DNA of 64,000 nt from Camelus ferus (Eukaryota): positions 15,440,001 to 15,504,000 of the forward strand of contig NC_045696.1 in assembly GCF_009834535.1 (NCBI RefSeq), read 5' to 3'. The notes below the pieces were generated by a model. The model had not been told where the DNA came from. It ran no database searches and saw only the letters and a list, made by a program, of their open reading frames with translations. The translations under genes and the position numbers were made by a program. This document shows, one piece after another, positions 24,299 through 37,800 of the stretch (position 1 is the stretch's first letter; each line of letters begins with the position of its first letter).

Positions 24299-25814
24299 GT
24301 AATGAGAGAGAACAATTGTCCTTATCTGACCTCACCAAGGCTTTAGATGCTTGCAAAATTGATAAAGGAGGACTCACGTTACATCATAAGCTATCTGTAG
24401 GAGGGGGTCTGTCTAGCTCAGCTCTAGGAAGACATGAATTGGAGAAGGGAAGGAGAGGAGATAAAAAAAAAAGCTCTGGATGCCGACTGGACACTAATGG
24501 CACCTCTGAAAGCAGGTTAACTGCAACGGCCATGGGCTCAATGTTTTACAAAGTGTGGAAAAGGAAACAAAAATGTCTGAGACGTTCCACTTTGGCAATA
24601 TCTTGCAGATCTATTATTCCTGAAACATGATTTAGGAAAGGATGGCTTGGTTCCATCTTAACTACTTTCTTTTACAAATAAATTCTTCTTTGGTTGTCTT
24701 TTTCTGGAGAGAACATTTCTCATGGCAAAATGTACATTATCTGCAGTGGTGTAGTGGCAATCCCGTTTTATAGTGAATTATCCTGATTCATATCGATAAA
24801 GAGTCATGTCTGCTTCCTGCTTCCCCTCCTGGTCTTTGATTACACACTTGCTTTAACTATGTGAGTTTATAAAGTACCAATTGCTGGCATAAAATATTCT
24901 GCTATCAGCTAGGGTGGCTGGGTTGGCTGAAGAGTCTGTTGAAATGCAGCACCGTTTTTCCTCTTCACCAGACCACTCCTGTGCTGAGTGGTTTTGGTCG
25001 GGTGCACCCGCACTCCTGCTGTATGTGCTGTGTTGTCTTTGTGGAGGGGAGTATGCAAACTGAGTCAACAATAAGGACTTAGTAAAACAATTGCATGCCA
25101 TGTTAATGTAAAAAAAAACTAGAAATCATCTTCCGTATGATAAAAAAAAGGTATGGCTGGAGAATTTATTCTGAATTAAAATATGCATTGCTAAAGCCTA
25201 TTTGCTGGTGATGGAATAATTATTCATCAAATTGTGTTGGGCCATCTAGGTCAAAAATCCTACAAGTCCAATTATACGCTGCATTTGAATGTACTTCAGA
25301 GATGCATGGCACCTTAGAAATGATTGATCTAAACTTTTGTTTTACAAATGAGGGAACTCGGACTCTGAAAGTTTAAGAATCTCCCAGTTTTACATGGCTG
25401 ATGAGTGCGGGAGTAGAGGCTGTAGCTTAGGTCATAGGAATACGATGCACAGGCCATTTGTAAAAAAAGACAGGGAAAAAAAAAAAAAAGGAAGGGAAAG
25501 AAAGAAAAGAACCAAATGAGAAATACCATAATTTTTAAAATAAGTGATAGCTTATTTACTATATAATATGCAGTCTTCCTACATAAACTTCTAAACCTCT
25601 TTTTATAATGCTTAATTTAGCATTTTAGGTTTTCTGAGTTTACAACAAATATCTGCACATTTGATGTCACAGGAAAAGATGAGGAGATTCAGGAGAGTAG
25701 CAAGGGGTACACAGCGTAGATGCTTGCAGATTGATTTGAGCAAGATTGTATTATGTGGTGCAAATGACCTGTGTGAGTAACCCAGATTAATGTGTGATGG
25801 ATAAAAGAGAACAT

Positions 25815-25995
25815 TGACCTTGGAGCTGGAATGTTTGCAGTCAAGCTCTGGCTCAGTAATTCACTAGCCGTGTGGTCTTTGCAGAGTCACTCAACTTCTT
25901 TCTCTTAAGAATTCTTGAGAGTAGAATGGAAATACGAGTACTTATCTTTCAAATTAATTTTGCTGTGTAGGTCAAGTGAAATAATGCATATTAAA
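25815..25995 (+). mobile_element. MIR SINE
   Basis: ctggctcagtaattcactagccgtgtggtctttgcagagtcactcaacttc...gtgaaataatgcatat. Confidence 0.65.
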
Positions 25996-26034
25996 ATATT
26001 TCCTTATTTTCAAACTGATTTGCAAATATGATCC

Positions 26035-26830
26035 AATTTTAATTCACTGCTCCCTTAATATTCTTCACGTCAGTAAATGGCAACTCAGTCCTTCTTCTGC
26101 GTAGGCCCAAAACTTTGCAGTCATCTTTCACACTTTATTTTCTCTCACACGCCCCCTCGATCCATCAGCAAGTCCCGTCAGTCCTTCCTCCAACATAGCT
26201 CCAGAATCTGGGTGCCCCTCACCACCACGAGCACTGCCACCCCAATCCAGTAGTCATTGTTTCTTGCCTGGACCAATCCAGCCATCTTCCCAGGGGTCTC
26301 CCAGCTTCTTACCTCTTCACAAAGCAGAGAGAGCCATCACCTCATTACCTACATCATTCCTTGGCTCTGTGTCCTCCAACGGCTATCATCTCATTTCGAG
26401 TCAGTTTCCAAGACTGTTCTGTAACCTATGAGAGGCTAAAAAATTGGCCCCTGCCCTGCTCTGGGTCCCTTCTACACTGTCGCCTTCTCTTGCCCTGTTC
26501 TCAGATACTGGACTTCCCAGCTTCCTAACATTCCTCCAACAGGGCAAGCAAGAGCATGTGGACTGTTTTCTCTGCCTGAAGCAAACCTTTTTTACAGTTA
26601 ACAACCAATGCTTCTAGAATTCCTTCCGCTGTCTGTTACATGTCACCCCCTACCAGGCAGCGGTTTCCCTAAATGAATCGGAGGATCTCTCCCCGATCTT
26701 CTTCATTCCTCTCTTACTCTGCTCTGCTTCTTCACAGCTCTTACCAGTAGATAATTTGTGGGTCTCACTTCCCCCCGCTAGGATGTCACTTCCATGGTGG
26801 CCTGCTTAGTATGTATGAATGAACGTATTC
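26035..26830 (+). mobile_element. L2 LINE 3' fragment
   Basis: L2-like text (gtaaatggcaactc...cccaaaactttgcagtcatc...tccatcagcaagtcc) ending in tgaatgaa. Confidence 0.75.
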
Positions 26831-27886
26831 CTTCGTGGCAGGTACTGTTCTTTGTACGGTAGGGAGAGCCCTGAACAAGAGAAGAGTCCCTTGCCCTGCC
26901 AGCCAGCCGCACATCAGATCTCAGTTGTAGGAGAACAACCGCATTCATTCATGGTAGCCAAGGAAGCTGGTTAATGTCCAGAGTTTAAATGCTACCAGGC
27001 AGGATGCAAAGAAAATGAATGAGCACAAAGGGAATCCTATTTCACTAAAGCACCAAGAAATCTGGGCTCTAGCCCTCAGACTTCCCAGTGCCTGGGAAGC
27101 TCAGTTTGCAGACCTGCCGCGGAGCTGACAGTTCCCACTGATTCTCGTAAGTATGAGACAGTCTCTAAGACAAGGATTTAAGACAAGAAAAATGCTCTCC
27201 TGTCTGAGTCCCTTACCCTTCATTCTTTATTTTCTTTATACTCTGGTATCATTTAAACTCTGAACATCACCAGAACTTATTTCCATTTAACTGTGACAAA
27301 ATACAGCTGGCAGAGGATAGGGTTTCGTGCCTGGTGGTGTGGGAAAAGGAGCACACAGTGGGAGGCAAGAGGCCCAGCCCTGCTGCTCCTTAGCTCTCCA
27401 GGGACCCTGCGCACGCGCTTTACTGTATCTCCACTTGCGTACGTAAGATGGAATGTTTTCTCCCAGCTTTGTTTGAAACCATTGTAGAAGCATCTCATCT
27501 CAATATTAGATATTAAAAAAAAAAAAACACAATCCTGTGACAGAATCGAATCCAACGTGTATTACAAAAATAAAAGTGACTCAAATTCAACATCGTCAGC
27601 ATTGCGCCTTTTCGCTTCAACACAGTAGGAAGCTCTGACACCTGTCTGGCAGTCACTGTAGGTCAGATGTCCAATAGAAAAGGCCCTTCCCTGGGGACCA
27701 GTCTCCTCTCCAATTCCGAGGAAATGCTCGAGCGGGGGAAACAGACTTGGATGTTCAGTCTGTGAATCAGTTACCCCATAGTCTCTAACCCCAAGTAAGA
27801 ATTTGAAAGTATATAATTAAATTTCACACACATCCGTCAAACTGCACAAGCAAAGTATTTCTTTCTATTTAAATAACTAGGAAAAA

Positions 27887-28020
27887 GGAGGGTGTAACTC
27901 AACGGTGGAGTGAGTGCCTAGCATACGTGAGGCCCTAGGTTCAATCCCCAGTGCCTCCACTAAAATAAATAAATAAATAAACCTAATTACCCCCCCTAAA
28001 AAAAAGTTTTAAAGTAATAA

Positions 28021-28051
<31 letters not shown>

Positions 28052-28083
28052 GATAAATAAATAAATAAGATAAATAAATAAAA
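27887..28083 (+). mobile_element. tRNA-derived SINE (Vic-1-like), second copy with (TAAA)n tail
   Basis: Homologous to 6848-6997, including B box GGTTCAATCC and the aaacctaatta-C-run. Expanded TAAA microsatellite tail. Confidence 0.85.
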
Positions 28084-28524
28084 GGAAAACAAAATACACA
28101 GTTACCTTACTATGAAATTACTTATACAGGCAAAGATTTTGGCAAAAGATGACTCCTTCTCAGTCCCTTGGTGCTGAATCAATGCTTCCGCCCTGGTGTA
28201 TTCTGCAAGTTTATTGCTATCAGAGATATTGAAGCCTTTGCCCATTTTCCTGAGCAGATGATGGATCACTAGAGAGCTATCTCATTCATCGCTCACCATA
28301 AAGCCTCACTCAATCTGTCATAACGCTTTATGGGCCCTAAGCATTTGGGGAAACTTGCTAAGGCATTAAAGATTCTGTATTTTTTTCTTCTGATGATACT
28401 AGTAAGCTATGGCTACCCAGTTACAGAATGTTATGTTCCATTTTCTGCCCCAGGAAATCCAGAGTTCAAGTCAAAATGGAATCAGAGCCTCTACCCTGTC
28501 TCTAGTCCAACAAATAATTAAATC

Positions 28525-28708
28525 CATGGTTTCCCAGCTAGTCTGCCCGTGTGGAACAACGTGAGGAACTCTGAGAGCATTGCTGCCCATAACCCGTCCT
28601 GAAAAATGGGATTTGACTGCCCGTGTGTCTGAGGATCTAAATTTGTAGGCTTTGGAATTTTTTAAAGATACTCATGTGATCTCAATGTGCAAACAAGTTT
28701 GAGAAATG
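28525..28708. mobile_element. MER5-like hAT-Charlie MITE
   Basis: Degenerate termini (catggtttccca ... gtttgagaaa) and typical tttttaaagatactcatgtgatctcaatgtgca. Confidence 0.6.
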
Positions 28709-29147
28709 TCACCAATTTCTATGAGATTAACTGAGGGTAGATTTTTATTGGTTTGTGTTTATGTGTGTCCCATTTTGTGCCAGAAGGAATCTTAGGTAGC
28801 TTTGTAAAGATGAAAGGGCTTGATAAAGATGTGTGATTTTTCTGTAAATCTTTAAATAAAGGTGGTATAAATTTTTAAAACAAAGGCAGGTTGCTAACAT
28901 TGTCCTAACTTTGAACATTCTAATGCAAAGGTATACAATATGATAGTCCAACTGCAATTCTATTTTGTTATAAGAAAATTAATTTTGGAAGCCAGTTTTA
29001 AACTAATCTCTTTCATACATTAAAACTTTGTATTAAGATAAGGTGAGACTTTTAGAGAATTTCTGTTGATCTATTTATTGTTTACTTATTTTTCCTTCTT
29101 CCCATTTCTCTCTGTTTCTCCTCCCCTGCGGACATTTCTGCTTCCAG

Positions 29148-29715
29148 TAAGGGTTACACTGACGTTGTGAGGATCCCCGAAGGGGCAACTCACATAAAAG
29201 TCCGACAGTTCAAAGCCAAAGACCAGACTAGATTCACTGCCTACTTAGCCCTGAAGAGGAAAAACGGTGAGTATCTTATCAATGGAAAGTACATGATCTC
29301 CACTTCAGAAACCATCATAGACATCAACGGAACAGTCATGAACTACAGTGGTTGGAGCCACAGGGATGACTTCCTGCATGGGATGGGCTACGCAGCCACG
29401 AGGGAAATACTTATTGTGCAGATCCTTGCAACAGACCCAACTAAAGCATTAGATGTCCGTTACAGTTTTTTTGTTCCCAAGAAGTCCACTCAAAAAGTAA
29501 ACTCTGTCACCAGCCACAGCAGCAATCAGGTAGGATCGCACACTCCGCAGCTGCAGTGGGTGACGGGCCCTTGGCTCGCCTGCTCTAGAACCTGTGACAC
29601 AGGCTGGCACACCAGGACGGTGCAGTGCCAGGATGGAAACCGGAAGTTAGCCAAGGGATGCCTTCTCTCTCAGAGGCCTTCTGCATTTAAGCAGTGTTTG
29701 CTCAAGAAATGTTAG
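29148..29715 (+). CDS. ADAMTS5: ADAMTS5 terminal exon 8, coding part (spacer domain and C-terminal TSP1 repeat)
   Basis: Long pyrimidine tract ending cttccAG, phase 2 matching exon 7. Translates KGYTDVVRIPEGATHIKVRQF...WVTGPWLACSRTCDTGWHTRTVQC...FKQCLLKKC and ends at TAG 29713-29715. Confidence 0.98.
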
Positions 29716-30150
29716 CCTGTGGTTATGAGCTGATACAGAGATAACTGGGTTGATTCTTCACTGATACGGTCCTGGTGAACAGAGGTCAACCTAAAGCACA
29801 GAGTCACACTTCAGTGTCATTAGCAACAGGAGTCCAGTCATGGGCAGAATCTGCTCTCAGCGACCAAATGAAGATGTGCACTGCTTCACAGGACAGTGGT
29901 GACCTTGGAATAGAGAAAACCTTGGGAGTACTGAACATGCCCTGGACCTACAAGAATGCAAAAACACTGATGAATGTAGAATCAGGGGACATTGGAAGCT
30001 GGCAGAGCAGTCTCCCCCTTGTCACCTACCTCTTATGGAATGTCTTCAAAGGCATCATAGTCATTTTGATGCATATTACACAGTAGCTTATTTTTACTGT
30101 TTGTAAATACATTCTTTCTTGGTATGTCACTTTATATCACTTGGTTCTAT

Positions 30151-30154
<4 letters not shown>

Positions 30155-30187
<33 letters not shown>
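30155..30187. repeat. (TA)n microsatellite in the 3' UTR
   Basis: About 16 uninterrupted TA units directly after ATTAAA. Confidence 0.95.
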
Positions 30188-30189
<2 letters not shown>

Positions 30190-32017
30190 CTATAAAAAAG
30201 TGTTTGACCAAAGTAGGTCTGCAGCTATTTCAACTCCCTCCAGTTTCCAGAAAGAGCTGTGGATGTTTTACTGGAAATTAAGAACTTGCTGCTGTTTTAA
30301 AGAGATTTACTATACTTTCAGACTACAGGAGATACAATTTTCGTCAAAAACCATTTTGACAGCAAGCATCTTCTGAGAAATTCTGAAAAGAAAAAGGATC
30401 TCCGTGTATTTAGTCACTGAAATATATACAGGGGTCCATTTATTTATATCTTTGACTGCCTGTATTTTTTCAGGCAGCCAGCCAAATTAATGCATAATGA
30501 GGAGGTAGAAGTAGTGTGTGCGTGTGTGTATGTTGTCTGTATTCAAGAGTCTAAAAAATAGTTTCCTTCTGTTGGGATTTAAAACGAAGAGAAAAAACAC
30601 CCTTCACCATATTTTTAAGTTATATCTTCACCACTGCATTCTCTTTCTGTAGCTCCCATCTGATATTGCACAATGTGTAGTACACGTACAGAACACACGG
30701 CAAAGTTTTCTATCACCTTCAACACTGGTATACCTCTTACCAGCAAGCCTTTAAAATGCATTTTTGTTTTCGCTTGTTTGTTTTGTTCAAGGGTCTTATA
30801 GTAACTACTATGTTTTATACTTCTTGTTGACTTAGCATAATAGGAATATTAAAGATCACTTGGTAACTAGCCACATCTAGACGTGGTTATTGTTAATGTG
30901 GCTAGTGCAAAAAAAAAGTGGTTAATATTAACAAGACTGTTTCCACACCATAGGCAATAATTTCTTGCATTTTTTTTTTAATCTAAGTATACTGATACTG
31001 TACTTAAGATTTTTCCCAATTAGAAAGCATTTGGTTGTGCCAGGAAGTGTTTGAGTGATGAAATGTGATGATTTTTGCAGTTTGCTTTTATTTCCATAGC
31101 CTGTCTAGTAGGTTGTAAGTTGGAATAGTTAGACGTGGAAAATTTTTACAGTCATCTGCATAACAATCTCATAGACAGGAGACCTCATCCCTCTATCCCA
31201 CAGCTGAGAAAATCTAACATATTTCATTTCATTGGTTTTTCTTTTTCTTTGTGAAATATCACAAAGCTATTTGTTTTTATAAAAGTTTATAATTATCATA
31301 CCAAATGTGCCTATTGTTAAAGACTTGCATGTAAGGATATTAGGGAACTATTATTTGAGTTCCCCTAAGCTCATGAGAGTTTATTTTTATTATATGATAT
31401 TTTTAATATAAAAGGATTATGTAATTGATCCTGCTGAAGCACATTCATTTCAGTAGGCCAAGGAAATGGATGTCTCACTAAGTATTTTCTTAAGAAATCG
31501 TTTGGTAAAACAAAGAATTGTTTTACAAAACTGTTAATCATCCTTTGGATTTTCATAGGCTGACTTTGCTTTAGATGTGGTCATTTTTCTTAATAAATGA
31601 TCAGCTACAGAAAGGAGGCCTATACAAGACTGGTCCCCTCCATTTGACAGAGGTCACCAGATACCAGGTACTGGGAGCAAAGCTGTTCATATCAGTCAGA
31701 AAAGATAAAAATAAAAATCACACTGACCATTTGACTATGCAGAGAAAATTAATGGAAAAGCCAACCTTACTGTTTCCAGTATTCAAAATAACTTGAATCA
31801 AGTAATTCCACTATGACAAAATTTATGTTTATCTTTTGCAGTATAGTGACAGCAACATTAAATAATCATTGAAAAGCAAACATGATTGTCTCCTACTCTG
31901 CTTCTCCAGACTGTATTTATAGATTTTTTAATATGAGTTATCAATGATTCACTTTTTCCCCAAATAATGAAGTTTTACACTTCTCATGGGAACAGTCCCG
32001 GAGACCTTAGGACAAGA

Positions 32018-32025
32018 AACCACTA
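32018..32025 (+). promoter_or_regulatory. miR-140-5p 8mer seed site (AACCACTA)
   Basis: Exact 8mer match to the miR-140-5p seed (AGUGGUU) in the presumed 3' UTR. miR-140 repression of ADAMTS5 in cartilage is established. Confidence 0.75.
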
Positions 32026-34493
32026 TTCCATGCTTTTAAGGAATTTTCTTTAGGTTTCTTTTTTTGTATGGGTATCAATAGATTGACTAACGAAATGTAT
32101 GTCTAAACTCCTGAGAAAATACATAGACTGGAAACTGAAGTTCAGAGAAATGGAGTGTTTGGCAGAACATAGAGAAAGATAAGCAAAGGGAAAATCCTAT
32201 ATAATGTAAAATAATTTAGCCCAGTTTCACTCTGGATTATACTTTTTACCTTTCCATAGTTACATCTTAAACCACGAGCCTAGGATTCAGGATGTGAGGG
32301 GCTATTTCCTCAAAAAAAAGTTTGTCTGAAAATGCTCAGGTTAGTAAGAATCTAATCTCACTCACAAAACTAAACACTTCAGGTTGAGTTTCATTAAACA
32401 CAAAGAGAGCCTAGAAGAAAATAGCATTTATTTCTTCTAGAACAGAAAAGGTCAAATGAAGCCCCACCTTGTTGTTTAGAAGTTTAAGGACATTGTTTTA
32501 ATTTATTCAGAAAATTCAGCTTCCTCTGCCTTCCTGTGGAAACAGTTTTAGTGCATTAAGAATGAAGGGATTAATCACAAACAAAAAAGTTGCAGCACTG
32601 AAAAAAGAAGTAATTTATTGTCTTTGCAACTGGTATGTGAATTTGTGTGATAAAATTATTTATTCTTATTTAACAAAAATATGTGCAAATTCTTCTATAT
32701 TTAAAATGTTTTGCTATTGTCCTACTTTTTAATTTATGCTTCATGTTTGTGTATAAAGTACACTTTGTGAGTTTACATGATATACAGCACTGGTTGCTTT
32801 TGTATTTTTTTTACAGAAAGCTTTCTGTGTGAAACAGGTGTATGTGTGTATATTTCTCATGTGTTCTTATGATACTATCCTTGTCCTTTCTAAGGAAGTT
32901 TTAAACTTAATCTTTCATGACTAGTAGTGTTCATTACTTGTAAGTTACATTAATAGGTCTTTGGGTTCCATTGAATGCTAACTTTTCCAAGTCACAGATA
33001 AGAAAAACACGTACTCAACCAACTGAGGTCTAGAAGTGTCCCACAGAAGCTAAGACTCAGCTCAGAACCAGGTCCATGCACTTCACTGATAAACTTGGAC
33101 AAGGAGCTGTTGATACATCATGACCTCCGAGTGACAGCAACAATGTAAAATTAAATATTGTCTTTTGCTGCTTTAGAAACACTCCTTACAATGACTATCA
33201 TTTAGTCTCTAGTATCTTTAAGGTTCTACAGATGAGAGTAAACAAACTGGATTGAATTATTCAAATATCTGTAGTCATAACAGTTTCTGCAAGTATGGGA
33301 TGTCCACTGATATAGTGTGACTTTTTACTACTACAAATTACTCTCATGGAGAGATAATAGGACTTGGGAAAAGCAGGGACCCCTATGATCACACCAGCTT
33401 GCCCCTGACTGTGATTGCACGGTCTGATCACAGCAATAGGGCAAAGCATCTTTGGATACACAACTGATCGGATCAACCTCTGGCTCTGAAGTTTCTCCCA
33501 TTGACTCCTTCCTTAGTAACAAGGTCATTGTAGTGGTTTACATGGGGACAGCAGCCAGATTCAAAGAAGTTCAGGACTTGTGCTATGGCTTGGAGTTCAC
33601 TTTTTGTGAAATTAGATTGAATTCAGTCATGACTGAATTTTGCTAATTGTTTGTGGCTGAGTGAAGTCTCATTGGCATGACTGATCACTATTACTAATCT
33701 ATTTATAGTTAAACTGAGGCCATAAAAATACCTAATTTTTTTTTAACATTTTGGAGCCACAAAATAAATGAATGACCTTGAGGACAGAAATGGTCATCCA
33801 AAGAACCAAATGCACAGTCAAGGTGATCTGTCACTTAGACACCCAGAATAGGAACTTGTATGTTTTCTCTATTTTTTTTTTTCACTTGCCAACAACATGT
33901 AGTTCTAGATGGTCGAATAGGTAGATCAACTTAGCTCACTAGCCCACTGAAAAAATACAGTGTTTTATAGTTCCTTGTTGACATCAACTACAGAAATGAC
34001 TTCTTAAGTTATATCACATGAAACACATCACTCTAAACTGCATAATTGTGTATTCTAGTCAATTAATGTATGAGAACATATTGAAACACCAACCCATGCA
34101 TTAGTGAGCTAGAAAATGGGAATGTATGTAGCATTCAGATCAGAAAACCATTCGATCTGTCACATATCTCCCTGGCGCCACGATATCATAATTCTCAATG
34201 TAGGTTTTGTAGAAAAAATAAAGGAACATGTTGTTAGAAAATGTTGGTTTTAAAATGGAATAGAGCTGAAATGTACACATTTGTTAACTCAGTTGACAAA
34301 TTGCACCCTCAATTTCCTAGCACTAACAATAAGTTTGCCGTCTGTGGTCCTTATCTCATAGCTCCACCGCCTGATCCATGTGCACAGACATAGGTTAGAT
34401 GAAAAAACAAGTAACAATGGCCCGTCACCCTATAAGGCACTGCCACATCAGAGTGACCCAAGTCTAGCACTGTGAGGAAAACTGTGATTTGTG

Positions 34494-34499
34494 AATAAA
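34494..34499 (+). terminator. Candidate polyadenylation signal AATAAA
   Basis: AATAAA followed within about 10-20 nt by a T-rich tract. One of several candidates. Confidence 0.4.
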
Positions 34500-34818
34500 A
34501 CCGAACATTTTTTTTTCCTTTGGCACGTTACAATTTACAATTGTAAATTTATCAAGGTGCTAACATCCTCAGTGACCAACTGTCAAATGTGATATTTTGG
34601 ACTTACTGTTTTATTATACATGAGTTTTCAATTTGCAAGAAAGAATGCCAAGTGTTTTGTCAAGTTTGGGCACACCTTGAAACTCAAAGTTTGGGAAATT
34701 GAATCTAGCGGTCATTCGGATCAGCAGTGTTTAGTGACATAAGCTACATGTACGCTGAGGATGTTTAAGGTGACATCAAACTTGAAGAGCATCAGGTTGA
34801 AGCAGCAGACTTTAAATG

Positions 34819-34876
34819 AGTCACGTTCCATCACTTACTAAGCCATTAGTCATGTTCCATTGCTTACTAAGCCATC
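34819..34876. repeat. 29-bp imperfect tandem duplication
   Basis: agtcacgttccatcacttactaagccatt / agtcatgttccattgcttactaagccatc. Confidence 0.9.
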
Positions 34877-37800
34877 AGCATCCCTTTCAAACAAACTTGT
34901 TTGTTTCTTATACGCAAACGCCTGTGTATATTTAGCCTGATTTTGTTTAAGCTTTGCAATATTTTATGTTCCTGGTAAACACTTGGCCACTATATCTCCA
35001 TCTTTTCTGTAATAATTCGCAGCATATTAGAAGCCTTTCAACCCATACAGAGTATATTTACAGTAGAGTATCATACTGTGTGTGACTTTGTGAAACTAGA
35101 CTTTAGATTAAGAAATTTATATTGTCTCTGGGTGGTATTCTTGCATTACACACTCCAGCATGACATAAATGTAGGACTTGACAAATACTGCTTACATTTT
35201 AGTATAACGCATTAATTAGAGGAAATCACGCACATGCTTTGTAAATAGAGCAGATAACTAAACAGATTGCGGAAATGTGTTCCACTTACTCTAGGCCGTG
35301 GCATGAATATTTGATTTCTATATTAGAGTCTGGGAGTCAAGTCAGGTAATAAACCTAAATAGGTAGAACTGAGATTTTTAAATCTTGAAAGATGCTTTCA
35401 AAATAGAGAAAAATACTGAGAATTTACATGCCAGACACAAGCAATATAAGCTGCTTTTTACCCTCAATTTTCCAGGAATGATGGCTTTTTTCAGTCAATA
35501 TAATGCAGCTGAAAAACCAAAAATATATCTTGGAAAATTAAGATGGGTCTTGTTTAAAATGTGTCTTCAGCTTTGGCAAATTTCAAACCCTGAATCGACT
35601 GTTGAAAGCATTCTTGTGTCTTGTAGCTCGCCCTCCACAACACTGCCCTCCGGCATCCAGGTAAACCACTTGTACTGAATCGGTTGGGACCTATACCGTA
35701 ATATTTTTCATTAAGGAACAGTATCCTGTTTTGTAAAGCATTTCCCTATGTATGACTTTAAACTGTAAAATTAAGCATTGGCTTTGTGATTTCAGTGGGC
35801 ATAATAAACGTAAATTGTAAACTAGGTTAACGTATGTACTGCATAGAATATGTTTTAGAGTTGGAAACTGTTGTCCATTTATTTTTAATTTTCTCATAAC
35901 AGCAGTAGGACCAAGCCAAGTCTTAACGAAACCCTAGGCTCACTATAATTTCTATCATCTCTCATCCACTTTGGCACAAACAATTAATACTTTCCTTAAA
36001 TTATTATGGAACTATTGCTTCAAGTTCTTCTTACCAGACCATCATTCCCTGAATCTGTCTAGCATTGAACTTCTGATGTTAAATTAGAAGCAGCAAGCAA
36101 CGTAATCTACCTGCTTCATCCTTACTTTGTAAAAGATTAAACACATCCTAGATATAAAATTAAAGAGCCAAGATAATAATGCACGCGCAGAAATTCAAAA
36201 AGAATTGACACCAGCAAAAGCCTATGTATTTGCTAACAAATTTAGAGTATCAGGATTCCAAAGGACATTCATTCCTTCTAAACCTGAAATCATTACTGTT
36301 TTGTGTACATGGCAAACATTGAATTTCTTTCTCCTATCAAATAATATTTCAGAACTGTGCCTTAAATTTTCTTCTTGGTAGGCTGTAAACTTTTTAAAGA
36401 AATAATTGAAAACACTTAAATGTTTGAAAGCATGATACATCATAATTTGGCTAAAATATGTTGAACATCTCTTTGGGTCAGGCCTTGGGATAAACACCTT
36501 TACATTCTCCCAAGTGTTTTTCTCCAACAACCCTCATGACATTGGTCATCAGACCCCAAAATTGCAGATGACAATCACATCATAATAACTAATGGTCATC
36601 TAGCTGTCACCAAGTTCCAGGCACTGTTATAAGCACTTTAGATATTTATTATCAATTATTGGCTTCTTGTAGCCCCAGGAATCTTAAATCTATATGGACT
36701 GTGAGTCTGAGGGAGGGACTGCAGAGTGGATGGAGGAGGGTGTGAGACTGGGGAAATGAGGGGGAGTGATTAGATGCCCTAATATGTGGGTGAGTTAAAG
36801 CAAGAGTGATCTTAAAATTCCAATTAAAATTGCATGGAAACTGGAGAATTGGACAAGCCGTGAGAGTAGAGACAAGAGCTCAGAGTGTACAAAGAACTAT
36901 TGTTTAAGGAGAGAGAACTTGATTTAGAAAACTAGTAAATGGCTGGGAAAGGTTAAAAAAGAAAAATACTCTTCAGTATTTAACCTTAAAATTTCCTTCA
37001 CAGGTAACAATGAGCTGATTCAGGCAAGGTCGAAGGTGTAAAAATTGTCCTGGGGGTAGTTTTTAGATTAGGAGTAGAGTGAATAAAGATGGTTAGAAAT
37101 TAAACGATAGACATTTGAAAAGTTCAACCATCTTTAGTTCCTAGATTCTGTGGGGGTCTTTCTTAGTGTATTATTGTTTTATCTGTTCAGGTAAACTCAT
37201 TTTTCCCCCAGAATGTAAGATTACATGTCTTAATGTAGACACAAGCAAGGGAGAACAGCTCTGTTTTTCTCAATTTCTTCCATGTTCACCTCAGAGGTAA
37301 AGAGAATTGAATCCCAGAATGATTCACCAACTGGGGCAGGTCCCACAGATGGAGAACGTTAAGAAACAGTCCCAGGACCTCACTCTAACATGAATTCATT
37401 AACTTTGCCATAATATTGACCTCTCTTCTTACCTCTGCATGTCCATAGCACTCTGCCACCCTATTTTAGCTCTCATTGGAGTTTGCCTTGAATTGGAGTT
37501 ACAGACATTTTGTTGTTATTATTTACTATTAAAAGCATGTAAATCTTGGAAAGCAGGAAGATTTCTTAATCACTTAGAAGTACTCATTCCAAAAACAATG
37601 GCTGAACTAGTTTTAGGTAAAAAGAATTGTTCATCTACAAAAGTAGATGAACCACTAACACATTCATCTTCCAGATAAGTCTGGCGCCTACTAGACGTTG
37701 TAAAGAATTTATCCAGATTTTTTTTTTTTTTTACTGTTGAGTCTTTATACTATCTCTTTGCCTATTCAGTGATGTTTTTTCTTGCTCCCAGGATCTTAGC

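Larger units (their letters stand above)
29716..35370 (+). other. ADAMTS5: ADAMTS5 long 3' UTR (3' end uncertain)
   Basis: AT-rich and transposon-poor after the stop codon, with AU-rich elements and miRNA seed sites. ADAMTS5 is known to have a multi-kb 3' UTR. Candidate poly(A) signals: ATTAAA 30149; AATAAA 31592, 31710, 34494, 35348. Confidence 0.6.

Noticed and set aside
29167..29715. Stand-alone 182-aa gene
   Set aside because: It is the coding part of ADAMTS5 exon 8. The frame enters through the acceptor at 29147/29148.
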